Below are positions 9,911-19,561 of a DNA stretch of 64,000 nt, in pieces. A model generated the notes under the pieces. That model did not search any database, was not told where the DNA came from, and saw only the letters and a program-made list of their open reading frames with translations. The DNA is from Microgenomates group bacterium GW2011_GWF2_46_18 (GTDB lineage: Bacteria > Patescibacteriota > Microgenomatia > UBA1400 > UBA12108), in contig LCMB01000001.1 in the NCBI GenBank assembly GCA_001002415.1, positions 33,999-97,998 on the forward strand, in the 5' to 3' direction. Both the position numbers and the translations under genes were made by a program. Every line of letters begins with the position of its first letter. The first letter of the stretch is position 1.

Positions 9911-10316
9911 GATATTCTCCACCGGCTTTTTTGATCGCGGCAATGGCGGAAGCCGAAGCCGGAACTTGCACGATAAGCTTTTTGGTAAGGGTACCATTAC
10001 CAACGATACGGCATTTGGCTTTGTGAGCGGAAAGAGTGGAAAGAGTCACGACTGTGCCGCTTTTTAATTTATCTAAGTCAGATAGAGTAAATGTTAATTT
10101 GGGAAGACGAGCGGTAAACAAAGCTTTGCCCCGCATAAAGGGAAGTCGCTTGAACCAGACCCAGGAACTACCGGTAAAGGAAAGACGGACACTCCCACGG
10201 CTTTTTTGGCCTTTTTGGCCTCGGCTACTGGTGTGACCACCTTTGCCTGAGCCATAGCCGTGACCGAGACGCTTGTTTTTGGAGGTGGTAAGTTTGGGTT
10301 GGGTGTGTAGTTTCAT
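9894..10316 (-). CDS. rplO: 50S ribosomal protein L15
   Basis: 140 aa. [25 protein letters not shown] motif. Confidence 0.92.
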   Translation of the reverse strand: MKLHTQPKLTTSKNKRLGHGYGSGKGGHTSSRGQKGQKSRGSVRLSFTGSSWVWFKRLPFMRGKALFTARLPKLTFTLSDLDKLKSGTVVTLSTLSAHKAKCRIVGNGTLTKKLIVQVPASASAIAAIKKAGGEYRAQDQ

Positions 10317-10321
10317 AAGGG

Positions 10322-10846
10322 TTAGTTTTTAGATTTTTGATTGGTTTGGCCGAGAGCAGTTTTGGTGGCCATGGTTTCGGTCATAGTTTTTAAAGCGTTA
10401 AAGGTGGCGGTCACGTTACTCATGGGATTGTTGGTTCCCAAGATTTTGGCAACGACGTCACGGACACCCGCAAGTTCCAGGATAGCACGAACGCTACCAC
10501 CAGCAATAACACCAGTTCCAGCGGGAGCGGGTTTGAGAATAAGTTTGGCGGCCCCGAACTTGATGCGGGTAATGTGGGGAAGAGTGCGATTGTCGACAAG
10601 CGGGACTTTGATGAGATTCTTTTTGCCACGACGGACACCTTTTTTGATCGCATTCATGACATCTTTGGCTTTTCCTAAAGCCATGCCAACCCGACCCTTG
10701 TGATCTCCCACAACCACCAGAGCGGTGAAACTCATTTTGTTGCCGCCTTTAGTTTTTTTGGTAACGCGAGAAATGCGGACAACTTTTTCATCAAATTCTT
10801 GAGGGGGTTTGTTGGCGGATTGAGAGCGATTATTGTTTCGTTGCAT
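10322..10846 (-). CDS. rpsE: 30S ribosomal protein S5
   Basis: 174 aa. RVTKKTKGGNKMSFTALVVVGD and a C-terminal S5 domain. Only 5 nt separate it from rplO. Confidence 0.95.
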   Translation of the reverse strand: MQRNNNRSQSANKPPQEFDEKVVRISRVTKKTKGGNKMSFTALVVVGDHKGRVGMALGKAKDVMNAIKKGVRRGKKNLIKVPLVDNRTLPHITRIKFGAAKLILKPAPAGTGVIAGGSVRAILELAGVRDVVAKILGTNNPMSNVTATFNALKTMTETMATKTALGQTNQKSKN

Positions 10847-10861
10847 AAAAAATCCTTAAAA

Positions 10862-11194
10862 TTAGAATGATAGACCAGCTTTCCTGGCAGCTTCGGCGAG
10901 AGCTTTAACCCTGCCATGATAACGATAACTACCACGGTCAAAAACCACTTCTCGGCATTTGGCGGCTAAAGCTTTTTGAGCGATTATTTCGCCGACAAGA
11001 GCGGCCTTGGCAAGTTTGGTGCCAGACAACTTTTGGTCCGAGGCCGAGGCTAAGGTTATCCCACGAGCATCATCAATAACCTGAGCCCAAATGTGTAAAT
11101 TGGAGCGAAAAACGCTCAACCTGGGGCGCGAGGAACCAGCCAGTTTTAGTCTGGTGCGGCGGCGACGAGAGAGGAGCGAAGCATTGTTGGTCAT
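10862..11194 (-). CDS. rplR: 50S ribosomal protein L18
   Basis: 110 aa. [20 protein letters not shown] and [20 protein letters not shown]. Confidence 0.92.
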   Translation of the reverse strand: MTNNASLLSRRRRTRLKLAGSSRPRLSVFRSNLHIWAQVIDDARGITLASASDQKLSGTKLAKAALVGEIIAQKALAAKCREVVFDRGSYRYHGRVKALAEAARKAGLSF

Positions 11195-11199
11195 AAGTT

Positions 11200-11751
11200 T
11201 TAGGCGGCAGCGGCAGTTTTGCCAGTTTTACCAGCTTTCTTTTTCACAACTTCACCTTCGTAACGGATACCTTTCCCCTTATAGGGTTCGGGTTTCCTGA
11301 AGGATCTAATTTCGGCGGCAACTTGACCGACGGCTTGTTTTTCAAAACCAGTGACGGAGATAAGATTGGTGCCTTCGACAGTTAAAGTTACTCCTACGGG
11401 AGGAGTATATTCGATTTCGTGAGAGAAACCTAGGGAGAGGACCAATTTGGGGCCAGCTAACCGAGCGCGGTAACCGGTTCCCACGAGCTCAAGTTTTTTG
11501 GAGTACCCCTCGGAAACTCCTTGGACCATGTTACTGATGAGGGAGCGGGTGGTGCCGTGCAAGGCTCGAACTGGTTTAGCCTCACTACTACGCTCACAAA
11601 GGAGGGTTTGATCCTGAATGGTTAGGGTGATACCAGATGGAAGGGTGTGGCTGAGGACACCTTTGGTTCCTTTGATCTCAACGACACGGCCAGTCAAAGT
11701 GGCAGTGACACCAGAGGGTAAAGTGATGGGGAGACGACCGATTTTGGACAT
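11200..11751 (-). CDS. rplF: 50S ribosomal protein L6
   Basis: 183 aa. [16 protein letters not shown]-terminus and [11 protein letters not shown]. Confidence 0.95.
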   Translation of the reverse strand: MSKIGRLPITLPSGVTATLTGRVVEIKGTKGVLSHTLPSGITLTIQDQTLLCERSSEAKPVRALHGTTRSLISNMVQGVSEGYSKKLELVGTGYRARLAGPKLVLSLGFSHEIEYTPPVGVTLTVEGTNLISVTGFEKQAVGQVAAEIRSFRKPEPYKGKGIRYEGEVVKKKAGKTGKTAAAA

Positions 11752-11754
11752 AAG

Positions 11755-12147
11755 TTAATAAAGTTCGGCGAGAACTTCTCCTCCTAATTTGGCTTTTCTG
11801 GCAGCTTTGTTGGACATAATCCCTTGGGAAGTAGAAATCAAGGAGATTCCCAGCCCGGATAAAACGGGACGAAGGGCAGTAGTTTTATGATAAATTCGGA
11901 CACCGGGTTTGCTAATTCGACGAGCAAAAGAGAGAGCGGGACGATCATTTGCATACTGGAGTTTGAGAACAAGAACTTTGTCGATCCCTTCGCCAGCAAC
12001 ATCAACTTTGGCGAGGTAGTTTTCGGTAACTAAAACTTTGGCCACTGCCAAACAGAGTTTGCTGTAGGGGAGTTTAACTTCGTCTTTCCTAATAGCGGAA
12101 GCATTTTTGATGCGAGTGAGCATGTCGCCGAGAGTATCTGTAACCAT
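11755..12147 (-). CDS. rpsH: 30S ribosomal protein S8
   Basis: 130 aa. DTLGDMLTRIKNA N-terminus and GGEVLAELY C-terminus. Confidence 0.95.
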   Translation of the reverse strand: MVTDTLGDMLTRIKNASAIRKDEVKLPYSKLCLAVAKVLVTENYLAKVDVAGEGIDKVLVLKLQYANDRPALSFARRISKPGVRIYHKTTALRPVLSGLGISLISTSQGIMSNKAARKAKLGGEVLAELY

Positions 12148-12153
12148 AAATTT

Positions 12154-12339
12154 TTACCAACTAGCTTTGGTAACTCCGGGTATATTACCTTTATAAACGT
12201 TTTCGCGGAAGCAGAGACGGCAGAGACCGAACTGACGAAGATAGGCTTTGGAACGGCCACACAGCTTGCAGCGATTGTGAGAGCGCACCGAAAATTTGGG
12301 GGTTTTTTGACTTTTGAGAATAAGCGCAATACGAGCCAT
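12154..12339 (-). CDS. rpsN: 30S ribosomal protein S14, zinc-binding type Z
   Basis: Track ORF is 12154..12402. The internal Met gives a 61-aa protein, [16 protein letters not shown]...[20 protein letters not shown], with CxxC...CxxC. Confidence 0.9.
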   Translation of the reverse strand: MARIALILKSQKTPKFSVRSHNRCKLCGRSKAYLRQFGLCRLCFRENVYKGNIPGVTKASW

Positions 12340-12340
12340 A

Positions 12341-12904
12341 TTAATTTTCCTTTTCCAGTTTGGCAAACGGCATCCCGAGCGCAGTAAGAAGCTCTCGAGC
12401 ATCTTTGTCGTTTTTAGCTGAAGTTACAATCACGATTTCCAGGCCGTGAATTTTTTCGGTTTTACTATAATCAATCTCCGGAAAGATGATTTGTTCGGTA
12501 AGTCCGAGTGTATAGTTACCGGAGCCATCAAAGGCAGTGGTTTTGACCCCACGAAAGTCTTTGACTTGCGGAAGCACTATTCTACACAATTTATCGAGGA
12601 AATCAAACATTTTGCTGCCTCGCAGAGTCACCGAAACTCCAACGGGGTCGCCGGCACGGATTTTAAAGCCGGCAATGGATTGTTTGGCACCGCCCACTTT
12701 GGGTTGCTGACCAGTAATACTGGCGAGTTCACCCCGGGCAATTTCGACATCCTTGGTGGAAGTATCAGATTTTTTGATTCCCACGTTGACAATAACTTTG
12801 AGGGGGCGAGGAATGGCCATCAAGTTGGCAGATCCTAACGATTTACCCAGAGCTGGACGAATGGTTTGGGCAAAGCGTACTTGGAGGTTTGGATCAGTCG
12901 TCAT
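12341..12904 (-). CDS. rplE: 50S ribosomal protein L5
   Basis: 187 aa. Typical L5 core: [22 protein letters not shown]. Confidence 0.95.
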   Translation of the reverse strand: MTTDPNLQVRFAQTIRPALGKSLGSANLMAIPRPLKVIVNVGIKKSDTSTKDVEIARGELASITGQQPKVGGAKQSIAGFKIRAGDPVGVSVTLRGSKMFDFLDKLCRIVLPQVKDFRGVKTTAFDGSGNYTLGLTEQIIFPEIDYSKTEKIHGLEIVIVTSAKNDKDARELLTALGMPFAKLEKEN

Positions 12905-13203
12905 ATAGTTTTACCGGTTTTTTTGTTAATACGGACAACTTTGGATGCGGTGCGTTTGAGTCCAACCCGCACTGGTTTACCATCAACTAAAAGAGCGATT
13001 TTGGCAAAAGATAAGGGTCGCTCGATAGATTTAATCCCGCCTTCTTTGTTTTGGGTGGGTTTGATGTGACGTTTGTAGAGATTGACACCTTGGACTACCA
13101 CCAAATTAGCTTTGGTCATGATTTTGACAATGGGGCCGCTTTGACCTTTGTCCCGTCCGGAAGTTAGGATAACTTGGTCTCCCTTTTTAAATTTTTTGAT
13201 CAT
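12901..13203 (-). CDS. rplX: 50S ribosomal protein L24
   Basis: 100 aa. KOW motif: KKGDQVILTSGRDKGQSG. Confidence 0.9.
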   Translation of the reverse strand: MIKKFKKGDQVILTSGRDKGQSGPIVKIMTKANLVVVQGVNLYKRHIKPTQNKEGGIKSIERPLSFAKIALLVDGKPVRVGLKRTASKVVRINKKTGKTI

Positions 13204-13204
13204 A

Positions 13205-13576
13205 TTAGATTACCTCCGTGGCGAGAGACGCAATTTTGGCGAAACCGGCTTCTTTGACTTCACGCGCGATGGGACCGAAAACACGGGAAGCTAATGGATC
13301 TTTGGTTTTGGGATCGATCACGACGGCGGCATTATCATCAAAACGAATATAGGTGCCATCACTTCTTCTGGTTTCTTTGCGGGTACGAACGATGACGGCT
13401 TGGACTTTTTCACTATCTTTGACATAACCATTAGGATCGGCTTGGTCGACAACAACTTTGACAATGTCGCCCACATAGCCGAAACGGCGAGAAGAACCCC
13501 CATAAATATGGATGACACGAAGACGCTTGGCGCCGGAGTTGTCAGCGGGAGTGAGGACGGAGAGGAGTTGAATCAT
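13205..13576 (-). CDS. rplN: 50S ribosomal protein L14
   Basis: 123 aa. [23 protein letters not shown]-terminus. Confidence 0.95.
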   Translation of the reverse strand: MIQLLSVLTPADNSGAKRLRVIHIYGGSSRRFGYVGDIVKVVVDQADPNGYVKDSEKVQAVIVRTRKETRRSDGTYIRFDDNAAVVIDPKTKDPLASRVFGPIAREVKEAGFAKIASLATEVI

Positions 13577-13595
13577 AGTTGGTTATGAATAATGA

Positions 13596-13826
13596 TTATT
13601 TTTTGATAATTTGAGTAATAGTAAAACGCTTGCGAGCGGAGAGAGGGCGAGTCTCCTCTAGGGAAACTCGATCGCCCACTTGGGCTTTGTGGATATTTTC
13701 CACTAAGTATTTTTTGCTCCGACGGATGGCTTTGTGGTAAAGGGGATGTTTCCAGAGAGTTTCGACCACAACCACCGCACTAAGAGTATTTTTGGTGGAG
13801 ATAACAGTGCCAATTAATTGTCTCAC
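13596..13826 (-). CDS. rpsQ: 30S ribosomal protein S17
   Basis: 76 aa. HPLYHKAIRRSKKYLVEN motif. Confidence 0.9.
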   Translation of the reverse strand: MRQLIGTVISTKNTLSAVVVVETLWKHPLYHKAIRRSKKYLVENIHKAQVGDRVSLEETRPLSARKRFTITQIIKK

Positions 13827-14008
13827 TTGACTCCTTCTTGTAGTTGAGCGATTACACGGCGAAGATGTTTGGGAGCGCGCAGATTTTTTTGTTCACCGCG
13901 AGATTGCTTGAGTTTGGCGGTAGTTAGAGTAGCTTTGAGTTCGGCAATTTTGGCCCAAACAGCTTTGCTACCAAGTTTGATAAGTTCGCGACGTTCGTTC
14001 TTTTTCAT
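13823..14008 (-). CDS. rpmC: 50S ribosomal protein L29
   Basis: 61-aa helical hairpin in the canonical slot between rplP and rpsQ. Confidence 0.85.
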   Translation of the reverse strand: MKKNERRELIKLGSKAVWAKIAELKATLTTAKLKQSRGEQKNLRAPKHLRRVIAQLQEGVK

Positions 14009-14421
14009 ATAATCGCTCCTCTGACGACGAATTTGGTGATCATGGGTAGTTTGGAAGCGGCTTTGCGGAAAGCTTCTTTGGCGGTAGCTTCGTCGAGACT
14101 ACCAAGTTCAAAAATGATAACGCCTCGTTTGACGACAGCGGTGTAGTGGCTGATATCACCTTTACCAGAACCCATTTTACTGCCAGCGGCTTTGTGAGTC
14201 AGGGGTTTGTGGGGAAAGATTCTCAACCAAAGCTTGCCACCCCGTTTGGTGTGATGGGTGATGGTTCGACGGGCGGCTTCGATTTCGGCGGAAGTGACCC
14301 AGGAACTCTCGAGGGCTTTGAGGCCATAGTCGCCAAAAGCCACAGTGGCGCCACGAGTGGCGATTCCATCCATGGTGCCTCGGAATTCTTTGCGGTATTT
14401 GCGTTTTTTGGGTTGTAACAT
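14005..14421 (-). CDS. rplP: 50S ribosomal protein L16
   Basis: 138 aa. MLQPKKRKYRKEFRG N-terminus. Confidence 0.95.
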   Translation of the reverse strand: MLQPKKRKYRKEFRGTMDGIATRGATVAFGDYGLKALESSWVTSAEIEAARRTITHHTKRGGKLWLRIFPHKPLTHKAAGSKMGSGKGDISHYTAVVKRGVIIFELGSLDEATAKEAFRKAASKLPMITKFVVRGAII

Positions 14422-14460
14422 ATTTATTGGTTTGTATAATTGAGAATTTAGAATTCAAAA

Positions 14461-15111
14461 TTACAAAGTTGCCTCTCCTTTGTAAATCCAAACTTTAATG
14501 CCGACATAACCGGAGCGGGTCAAGGATTTGACTTCGGCATAGTCGATATCGGAACGAAGAGTTTGGGTGGGAATACTCCCAATCGCATATTTTTCCTGAC
14601 GGCCAATTTCGGCGCCACCGATCCGACCGGAGATTTGAATTTTGATTCCTTTGGCTCCAGCGGCCATGACCCGTTCGTGAGCTTGGCTGATGGCACGACG
14701 GTGAGGATAGCGTTTGATTAATTGTTCAGAAATGCGTTCACCAACTAATTTGGCGGAGAGATCGGGGTTTTTGACTTCTTTGACATCGAGAGCCAGTTTG
14801 ACGGTGTTACTAACACCAATGTTTTTGAGGAATGCTTCAACTTCTTTTTTGAGCATTTCGAGATTGGCACCTCCGCGGCCAATGACAACCCCGGGCCGAG
14901 CGGCTTCGATAATCACGTGGATGGTATTGATGGAGCGTTCGACGCCGACACTAACAATACCAGCGAGAGCGAGACGGTGAAAGATAAATTTCTTGAGTTT
15001 AATATCCTGCAAAACAAATTTTTGGTAATCGCGTTTGGGCGCGAACCAAATAGAAGAAGCCTTATAGAGGATGCCTAGGCGGAAGCCAAAGGGATTAACT
15101 TTTTGTCCCAT
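14461..15111 (-). CDS. rpsC: 30S ribosomal protein S3
   Basis: The track ORF extends to 15129. I prefer the Met at 15111 (MGQKVNPFGFRLG), preceded by AAGGAGG. KH and S3-C domains. Confidence 0.95.
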   Translation of the reverse strand: MGQKVNPFGFRLGILYKASSIWFAPKRDYQKFVLQDIKLKKFIFHRLALAGIVSVGVERSINTIHVIIEAARPGVVIGRGGANLEMLKKEVEAFLKNIGVSNTVKLALDVKEVKNPDLSAKLVGERISEQLIKRYPHRRAISQAHERVMAAGAKGIKIQISGRIGGAEIGRQEKYAIGSIPTQTLRSDIDYAEVKSLTRSGYVGIKVWIYKGEATL

Positions 15112-15436
15112 GGGCCTCCTTGAGTTCAACTTTAATTTGAGCGGTTCGCTTCATAATGTGGTGAGCCATCCCTCGACTAACTGCGCGAAAGCGTTTGAAC
15201 GTAGCACCTTCACCGATATCAATGGTTTTGAAAGCGAGTTTTTCAATCGGAAGACCAAAGTTTTCTTTGGCATTACCAACGGCGGCTTTGATGGTTTTGG
15301 CAAGGGGAAGACTGGCGGCTTTGGGGGTAAATTTGAGATGAGCCAAAGCATCTTTGGGGGTAAGATGACGCACCGCGGCAGCAACGAGGCGAAGCTTGCG
15401 GGCGCTGGTACGAATATATTTTTGAGTAGATTGCAT
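15095..15436 (-). CDS. rplV: 50S ribosomal protein L22
   Basis: 113 aa. YIRTSARKLRLVAAAVR motif. Confidence 0.9.
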   Translation of the reverse strand: MQSTQKYIRTSARKLRLVAAAVRHLTPKDALAHLKFTPKAASLPLAKTIKAAVGNAKENFGLPIEKLAFKTIDIGEGATFKRFRAVSRGMAHHIMKRTAQIKVELKEAHGTKS

Positions 15437-15442
15437 AAGTAG

Positions 15443-15727
15443 TTAAGTTTTGGATAAGACACGTTTAACAATTTTGCCGTGACCGTGGAAGGTTCGGGTA
15501 AGTGAAAACTCGCCCAATTTATGGCCAACCATGGCTTCGGAGACAAAAACTTCTTTAAAAACTCGACCATTGTGGACGAGGAAAGTATGGCCGACGAACT
15601 CGGGAGGAATACTACAATTCCGAGCCCAAGTTTGGATAGGTTTTTTGATACCACTAGTTTGCTGCTTGGTGACTTTGCCCAACAGCTTGGCATCAACATA
15701 TGGCCCTTTAATACTACTTCGACTCAT
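15443..15727 (-). CDS. rpsS: 30S ribosomal protein S19
   Basis: 94 aa. [11 protein letters not shown] and [16 protein letters not shown]. Confidence 0.95.
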   Translation of the reverse strand: MSRSSIKGPYVDAKLLGKVTKQQTSGIKKPIQTWARNCSIPPEFVGHTFLVHNGRVFKEVFVSEAMVGHKLGEFSLTRTFHGHGKIVKRVLSKT

Positions 15728-16555
15728 TTACTTAATTCTCCTGTCTTTAACAATATATTTGTTGGAGTATTTGGATCGACTGCGGGTTTTGTAACCCAAA
15801 GCCGGTTTACCCCAAGGAGTTTTGGGAGAGGGCATACCAATACCACTTCTCCCCTCACCACCACCATGGGGATGAGAATCGGGATGTTGAGCAATACCAC
15901 GGACAGTGGGACGCCAACCCATGTGGCGGCGGCGTCCGGCTTTGCCAATCTTGCGATTTTTGTGATCCAGATTAGAAACCTGGCCGATTGTAGCAAAACA
16001 GCTGTCTTTAATCAACCTAATTTCCCCTGAAGGGAGCTTGACGGTGGCAAAACCACCCTCTTTGGATTGGATGAGGGCTAAACCACCGGCGGAGCGGACA
16101 ATTTGGCCACCGCGACCGCTTTTGAGTTCGAGATTGTGGATAGGCATACCAATGGGGATTTTCTTAAGGGGAAGAGTATTACCAACCTTGGGTTCGGCAG
16201 TATCACTGGCAACAACAATAGCACCAACAACTAAACCGTCGGGAGCCAAAATATAGCGCTTTTCGCCGTCACGGTAAAAAAGAAGAGCAATGTTGGCGCT
16301 CCTATTCGGATCATATTCGATCGAATGAACTTTGGCTTCGACACCGGGTTTGTTGCGTTTATAGTCGATCAAACGATAGCGACGATCGGCTCCCCCACCC
16401 CGATGGCGGGTAGTGACGTGACCGTGGGCGTTGCGACCAGAATTTTTCTTGACTCTTTGAGTCAAAGATTTGTGGGGTTGACTGGCAGTTAGTCCTCGTT
16501 CGATATCAATTTTGTGACGGACACCACTACTGGTTGGTTTAGAGATTTTGAGCAT
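15728..16555 (-). CDS. rplB: 50S ribosomal protein L2
   Basis: 275 aa. [16 protein letters not shown] and [10 protein letters not shown] motifs. Confidence 0.97.
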   Translation of the reverse strand: MLKISKPTSSGVRHKIDIERGLTASQPHKSLTQRVKKNSGRNAHGHVTTRHRGGGADRRYRLIDYKRNKPGVEAKVHSIEYDPNRSANIALLFYRDGEKRYILAPDGLVVGAIVVASDTAEPKVGNTLPLKKIPIGMPIHNLELKSGRGGQIVRSAGGLALIQSKEGGFATVKLPSGEIRLIKDSCFATIGQVSNLDHKNRKIGKAGRRRHMGWRPTVRGIAQHPDSHPHGGGEGRSGIGMPSPKTPWGKPALGYKTRSRSKYSNKYIVKDRRIK

Positions 16556-16558
16556 AGA

Positions 16559-16846
16559 TTAGGCCTTTTCTTTCAGATCAAACAGGGAAATGGTTTGACC
16601 AGCTTTAAGTTGAACCCTAGCATATTTGCCAACTTTGGCAGTTCCCTCCAGTCGACGGCTGCCGGTTTTTTTGGGGGTAAGGTGGGCACGGCGGGTGGTA
16701 ATTTTGAGGACGTTGACTTTGAACAAAGTCTCAACTTCTTGGCGGATTTGGGATTTGGAGGCTAGAGGGAGAACCGCAAAGGTAAAGACTCCACGGGAAG
16801 TGGCCTGGTGAGATTTTTCGGTGATGATGGGTTTAAGTAAAATCAT
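16559..16846 (-). CDS. rplW: 50S ribosomal protein L23
   Basis: 95 aa in the canonical slot between rplD and rplB. LLKPIITEKS N-terminus. Confidence 0.9.
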   Translation of the reverse strand: MILLKPIITEKSHQATSRGVFTFAVLPLASKSQIRQEVETLFKVNVLKITTRRAHLTPKKTGSRRLEGTAKVGKYARVQLKAGQTISLFDLKEKA

Positions 16847-16848
16847 AG

Positions 16849-17487
16849 TTATTTGCTCGTCGGGCCTTTAATGCGAGTAAGGATAGAAGTTAACGCCGGA
16901 AGAGTCATAATGACTTGGTCGTGAGCCAAGAGATCGTAGGCATTGACTAAGGAGGCCCGTTTCATGGTTACTCCTTGCAAGTTACGCACGGCACCAAAAA
17001 GAGAGGGGGCCGGAGCGAGAGTAACAAGGAGAACATCACGCTTGGGGTGCCCGACTACTGAGAGAAAATGAGCGGCTTGAGAGGTTTTGGTAGGAGCTTC
17101 TTTAACACCTTTCATCAGACTTAACTCACTGTCTTTGAGCTTGTTTAAGAGAGCAACTGAGAGGGCCCGGCGACGCATTTTCTTGGGAAGAACCAAGTTG
17201 GCGGGGCGGATCCCCTTGGGTCCATGAGCAATTCCACCACCGACAAAAATAGGGGCATATTTGGCTCCATGACGAGCATTACCGGTACCTTTTTGACGGT
17301 AAATTTTGCGGGTACTGCCAGCAACTTCGCCACGAGTCAAAACTTTGCTGGTTTTTTGATGAAAATTGGCTTGGTAGATGCGCAAAGCTTGAGCGAGCAA
17401 CGGAGAGTTATCACTACCCAAAACCTTGGGATCGAGTTCCTGAGGGGTTAATTCTTTGGCCTGGAGGTTGTAAACTTTGATTTTCAT
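16849..17487 (-). CDS. rplD: 50S ribosomal protein L4
   Basis: 212 aa. RQKGTGNARHG motif. Confidence 0.92.
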   Translation of the reverse strand: MKIKVYNLQAKELTPQELDPKVLGSDNSPLLAQALRIYQANFHQKTSKVLTRGEVAGSTRKIYRQKGTGNARHGAKYAPIFVGGGIAHGPKGIRPANLVLPKKMRRRALSVALLNKLKDSELSLMKGVKEAPTKTSQAAHFLSVVGHPKRDVLLVTLAPAPSLFGAVRNLQGVTMKRASLVNAYDLLAHDQVIMTLPALTSILTRIKGPTSK

Positions 17488-17494
17488 AGATTAA

Positions 17495-17938
17495 TTAAGC
17501 TTTTTTAACAGTGAGTCTGATGAGCGAACCGGTGTGCCCAGGAACGGAACCTTTGACGGTTAAGATCTTTTTGGTTTCGTCCAGAGCCAAAATAAGACTA
17601 TTTTTGATAGTGACATGAGCACTGCCCATCCGGCCTGACATATGTTTGCCTTTGTAGACTCTTCCAGGGGTAGTACCCTGACCGATAGAACCAGCGCGGC
17701 GCAGACGGTCTGATTGGCCATGAGTGCGGGGACCACCGGCGAAACCCCACTTCTTAACCACACCAGCTCGACCTTTGCCTTTGCTGACCCCCTGAAGGTC
17801 ACAGGAAGCCCCAATGGGGAAGAGTTCGGTCAAAGGGTCGGTTATGGCAGAAAGATCGATCAGGGTACTAGCGAAGCGAGTATCGCCTTGATAGAACTCA
17901 CGCATCCCGATTTTTTTGCCAAAAGAAATGTTTATCAT
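17495..17938 (-). CDS. rplC: 50S ribosomal protein L3, internally shortened
   Basis: 147 aa. GKKIGM N-terminus, SKGKGRAGVVKKWGFAGGPRTHG and GSIGQGTTPGRVYKGKHMSG. Roughly 60 aa of the usual middle region are missing. Confidence 0.87.
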   Translation of the reverse strand: MINISFGKKIGMREFYQGDTRFASTLIDLSAITDPLTELFPIGASCDLQGVSKGKGRAGVVKKWGFAGGPRTHGQSDRLRRAGSIGQGTTPGRVYKGKHMSGRMGSAHVTIKNSLILALDETKKILTVKGSVPGHTGSLIRLTVKKA

Positions 17939-17945
17939 GGAATCC

Positions 17946-18254
17946 TTACATCTTTACTTCAATTCCTACCCCGGCAGGGAGTTCGAGGTGCATCAAGGAA
18001 TCGATGGTTTTGCCGGTCGGACTAACAATATCGATTAAGCGTTTGTGAGTGAGGATTTGGAAGTGGTCGCGAGCATTTTTCTCAACGTGAGGAGAGGTTA
18101 AGACGGTAATTAAGCGGCGGCGAGTGGGGAGTGGAACGGGACCCACGATCCGAGCACCTGTGGCTGTAGCGGTATCGACAATCTTTTGCGCTGCCTCGTC
18201 GATGACGCGGTGGTCAAATGATTTGAGTTTGACTCGAATGCGGCCAGTGGCCAT
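17946..18254 (-). CDS. rpsJ: 30S ribosomal protein S10
   Basis: 102 aa. [21 protein letters not shown] and PLPTRRR motifs. Confidence 0.95.
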   Translation of the reverse strand: MATGRIRVKLKSFDHRVIDEAAQKIVDTATATGARIVGPVPLPTRRRLITVLTSPHVEKNARDHFQILTHKRLIDIVSPTGKTIDSLMHLELPAGVGIEVKM

Positions 18255-18282
18255 ACGTTAGTCACCTTTCTATTTAACTATT

Positions 18283-18316
18283 AATGCGGCCCCGCCGAGG
18301 CGGGACCGCATTTTTT
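18283..18316. terminator. GC-rich hairpin between tuf and rpsJ
   Basis: AATGCGGcCCCGCC / GGCGGGaCCGCATT forms a 12-bp stem with one mismatch and a 4-nt loop. The T6 tract follows on the plus strand. On the minus strand the hairpin is preceded by A6 and followed by UUAAUAGUU. Confidence 0.35.
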
Positions 18317-18356
18317 GCTCTATGGGGTTAACCCATGAGCAGAATAAATGCCTCGT

Positions 18357-19553
18357 TTATTTGGAGTCGGGGAGGATTTTGGTAATGACTCCAGCTCCAA
18401 CGGTCTTGCCGCCTTCGCGAATGGCGAAGCGTAAACCTTCTTCCATCGCGACCGGAACGATCAATTTGACGGTCATTTTGGCGTTGTCGCCAGGCATAAC
18501 CATCTCAACTCCTTCGGGGAGTTTGATGTCACCGGTAATATCGGTAGTCTTGACGTAGAACTGAGGTTTGTAACCGGAGAAGAAAGGAGTATGACGTCCA
18601 CCTTCTTCTTTGGTTAAGACGTAAACCTCGGATTCGAAGTCGGTATGAGGTTTGATACTGCCGGGTTTGGCAATAACCTGACCGCGTTCGATATCATCTT
18701 TTTCGATGCCGCGCAAAAGAAGTCCGACGTTATCGCCAGCTTGGCCTTCTTCGAGTTGTTTTCTAAACATTTCGACACCGGTAATGACAGTTTTTTTGTC
18801 TTTACCCATGCCGACAACTTCCATTTCTTCGCCGATTTTGCACTTGCCGCGTTCGATTCTACCGGTTGCAACGGTTCCGCGACCCTTGATGGAAAAGACA
18901 TCTTCGACGGGCATTAAGAAGGGTTTGTCTAGATCTCGCTCGGGAGTCGGAATGTATTCATCGACTTTGTCCATGAGTTCGTAGATCTTTTTCTCCCACT
19001 CGGCATCACCTTCGATGGATTTTAGCGCGGAGACGCGAACAATCGGGATTTCGTCACCGGGATATTGGTATTTTTTCAAGAGATCGCGAATTTCCATCTC
19101 GACTAGATCGAGCAATTCGGGGTCATCAACCATATCACATTTATTGAGAGCCACCACAATTTTGGGAACGTTGACTTGGTGGGCCAAAAGAATGTGTTCA
19201 CGAGTCTGAGGCATGGGTCCATCGGTGGCGGCTACGACGAGGATCGCACCATCCATCTGAGCAGCACCAGTGATCATGTTTTTGATATAGTCAGCATGAC
19301 CTGGGGCATCGATGTGAGCGTAGTGACGTTTTTCGGTTTCGTATTCTTGGTGAGAAAGGTTAATGGTAACACCGCGTTGACGTTCTTCGGGAGCATTGTC
19401 GATATCGGCGTAAGATTTGGCTTCGGCTAGGCCTTTTTTGGCGAGAGCCGTGGTAATCGCCGCGGTCAGGGTGGTTTTGCCGTGATCGACGTGACCGATG
19501 GTTCCAATGTTGATGTGAGGTTTGTTACGAACGTATTTTTGGGCGTCGGCCAT
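18357..19553 (-). CDS. tuf: elongation factor Tu
   Basis: 398 aa. [18 protein letters not shown] and NKCD GTPase motifs. Confidence 0.98.
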   Translation of the reverse strand: MADAQKYVRNKPHINIGTIGHVDHGKTTLTAAITTALAKKGLAEAKSYADIDNAPEERQRGVTINLSHQEYETEKRHYAHIDAPGHADYIKNMITGAAQMDGAILVVAATDGPMPQTREHILLAHQVNVPKIVVALNKCDMVDDPELLDLVEMEIRDLLKKYQYPGDEIPIVRVSALKSIEGDAEWEKKIYELMDKVDEYIPTPERDLDKPFLMPVEDVFSIKGRGTVATGRIERGKCKIGEEMEVVGMGKDKKTVITGVEMFRKQLEEGQAGDNVGLLLRGIEKDDIERGQVIAKPGSIKPHTDFESEVYVLTKEEGGRHTPFFSGYKPQFYVKTTDITGDIKLPEGVEMVMPGDNAKMTVKLIVPVAMEEGLRFAIREGGKTVGAGVITKILPDSK

Positions 19554-19561
19554 AGTGCTCC

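Noticed and set aside
15151-15699. 182-aa minus-strand ORF in an alternative frame
   Set aside because: It overlaps rplV and rpsS, both clearly identified, and its translation is low-complexity (P/L/S/K-rich).
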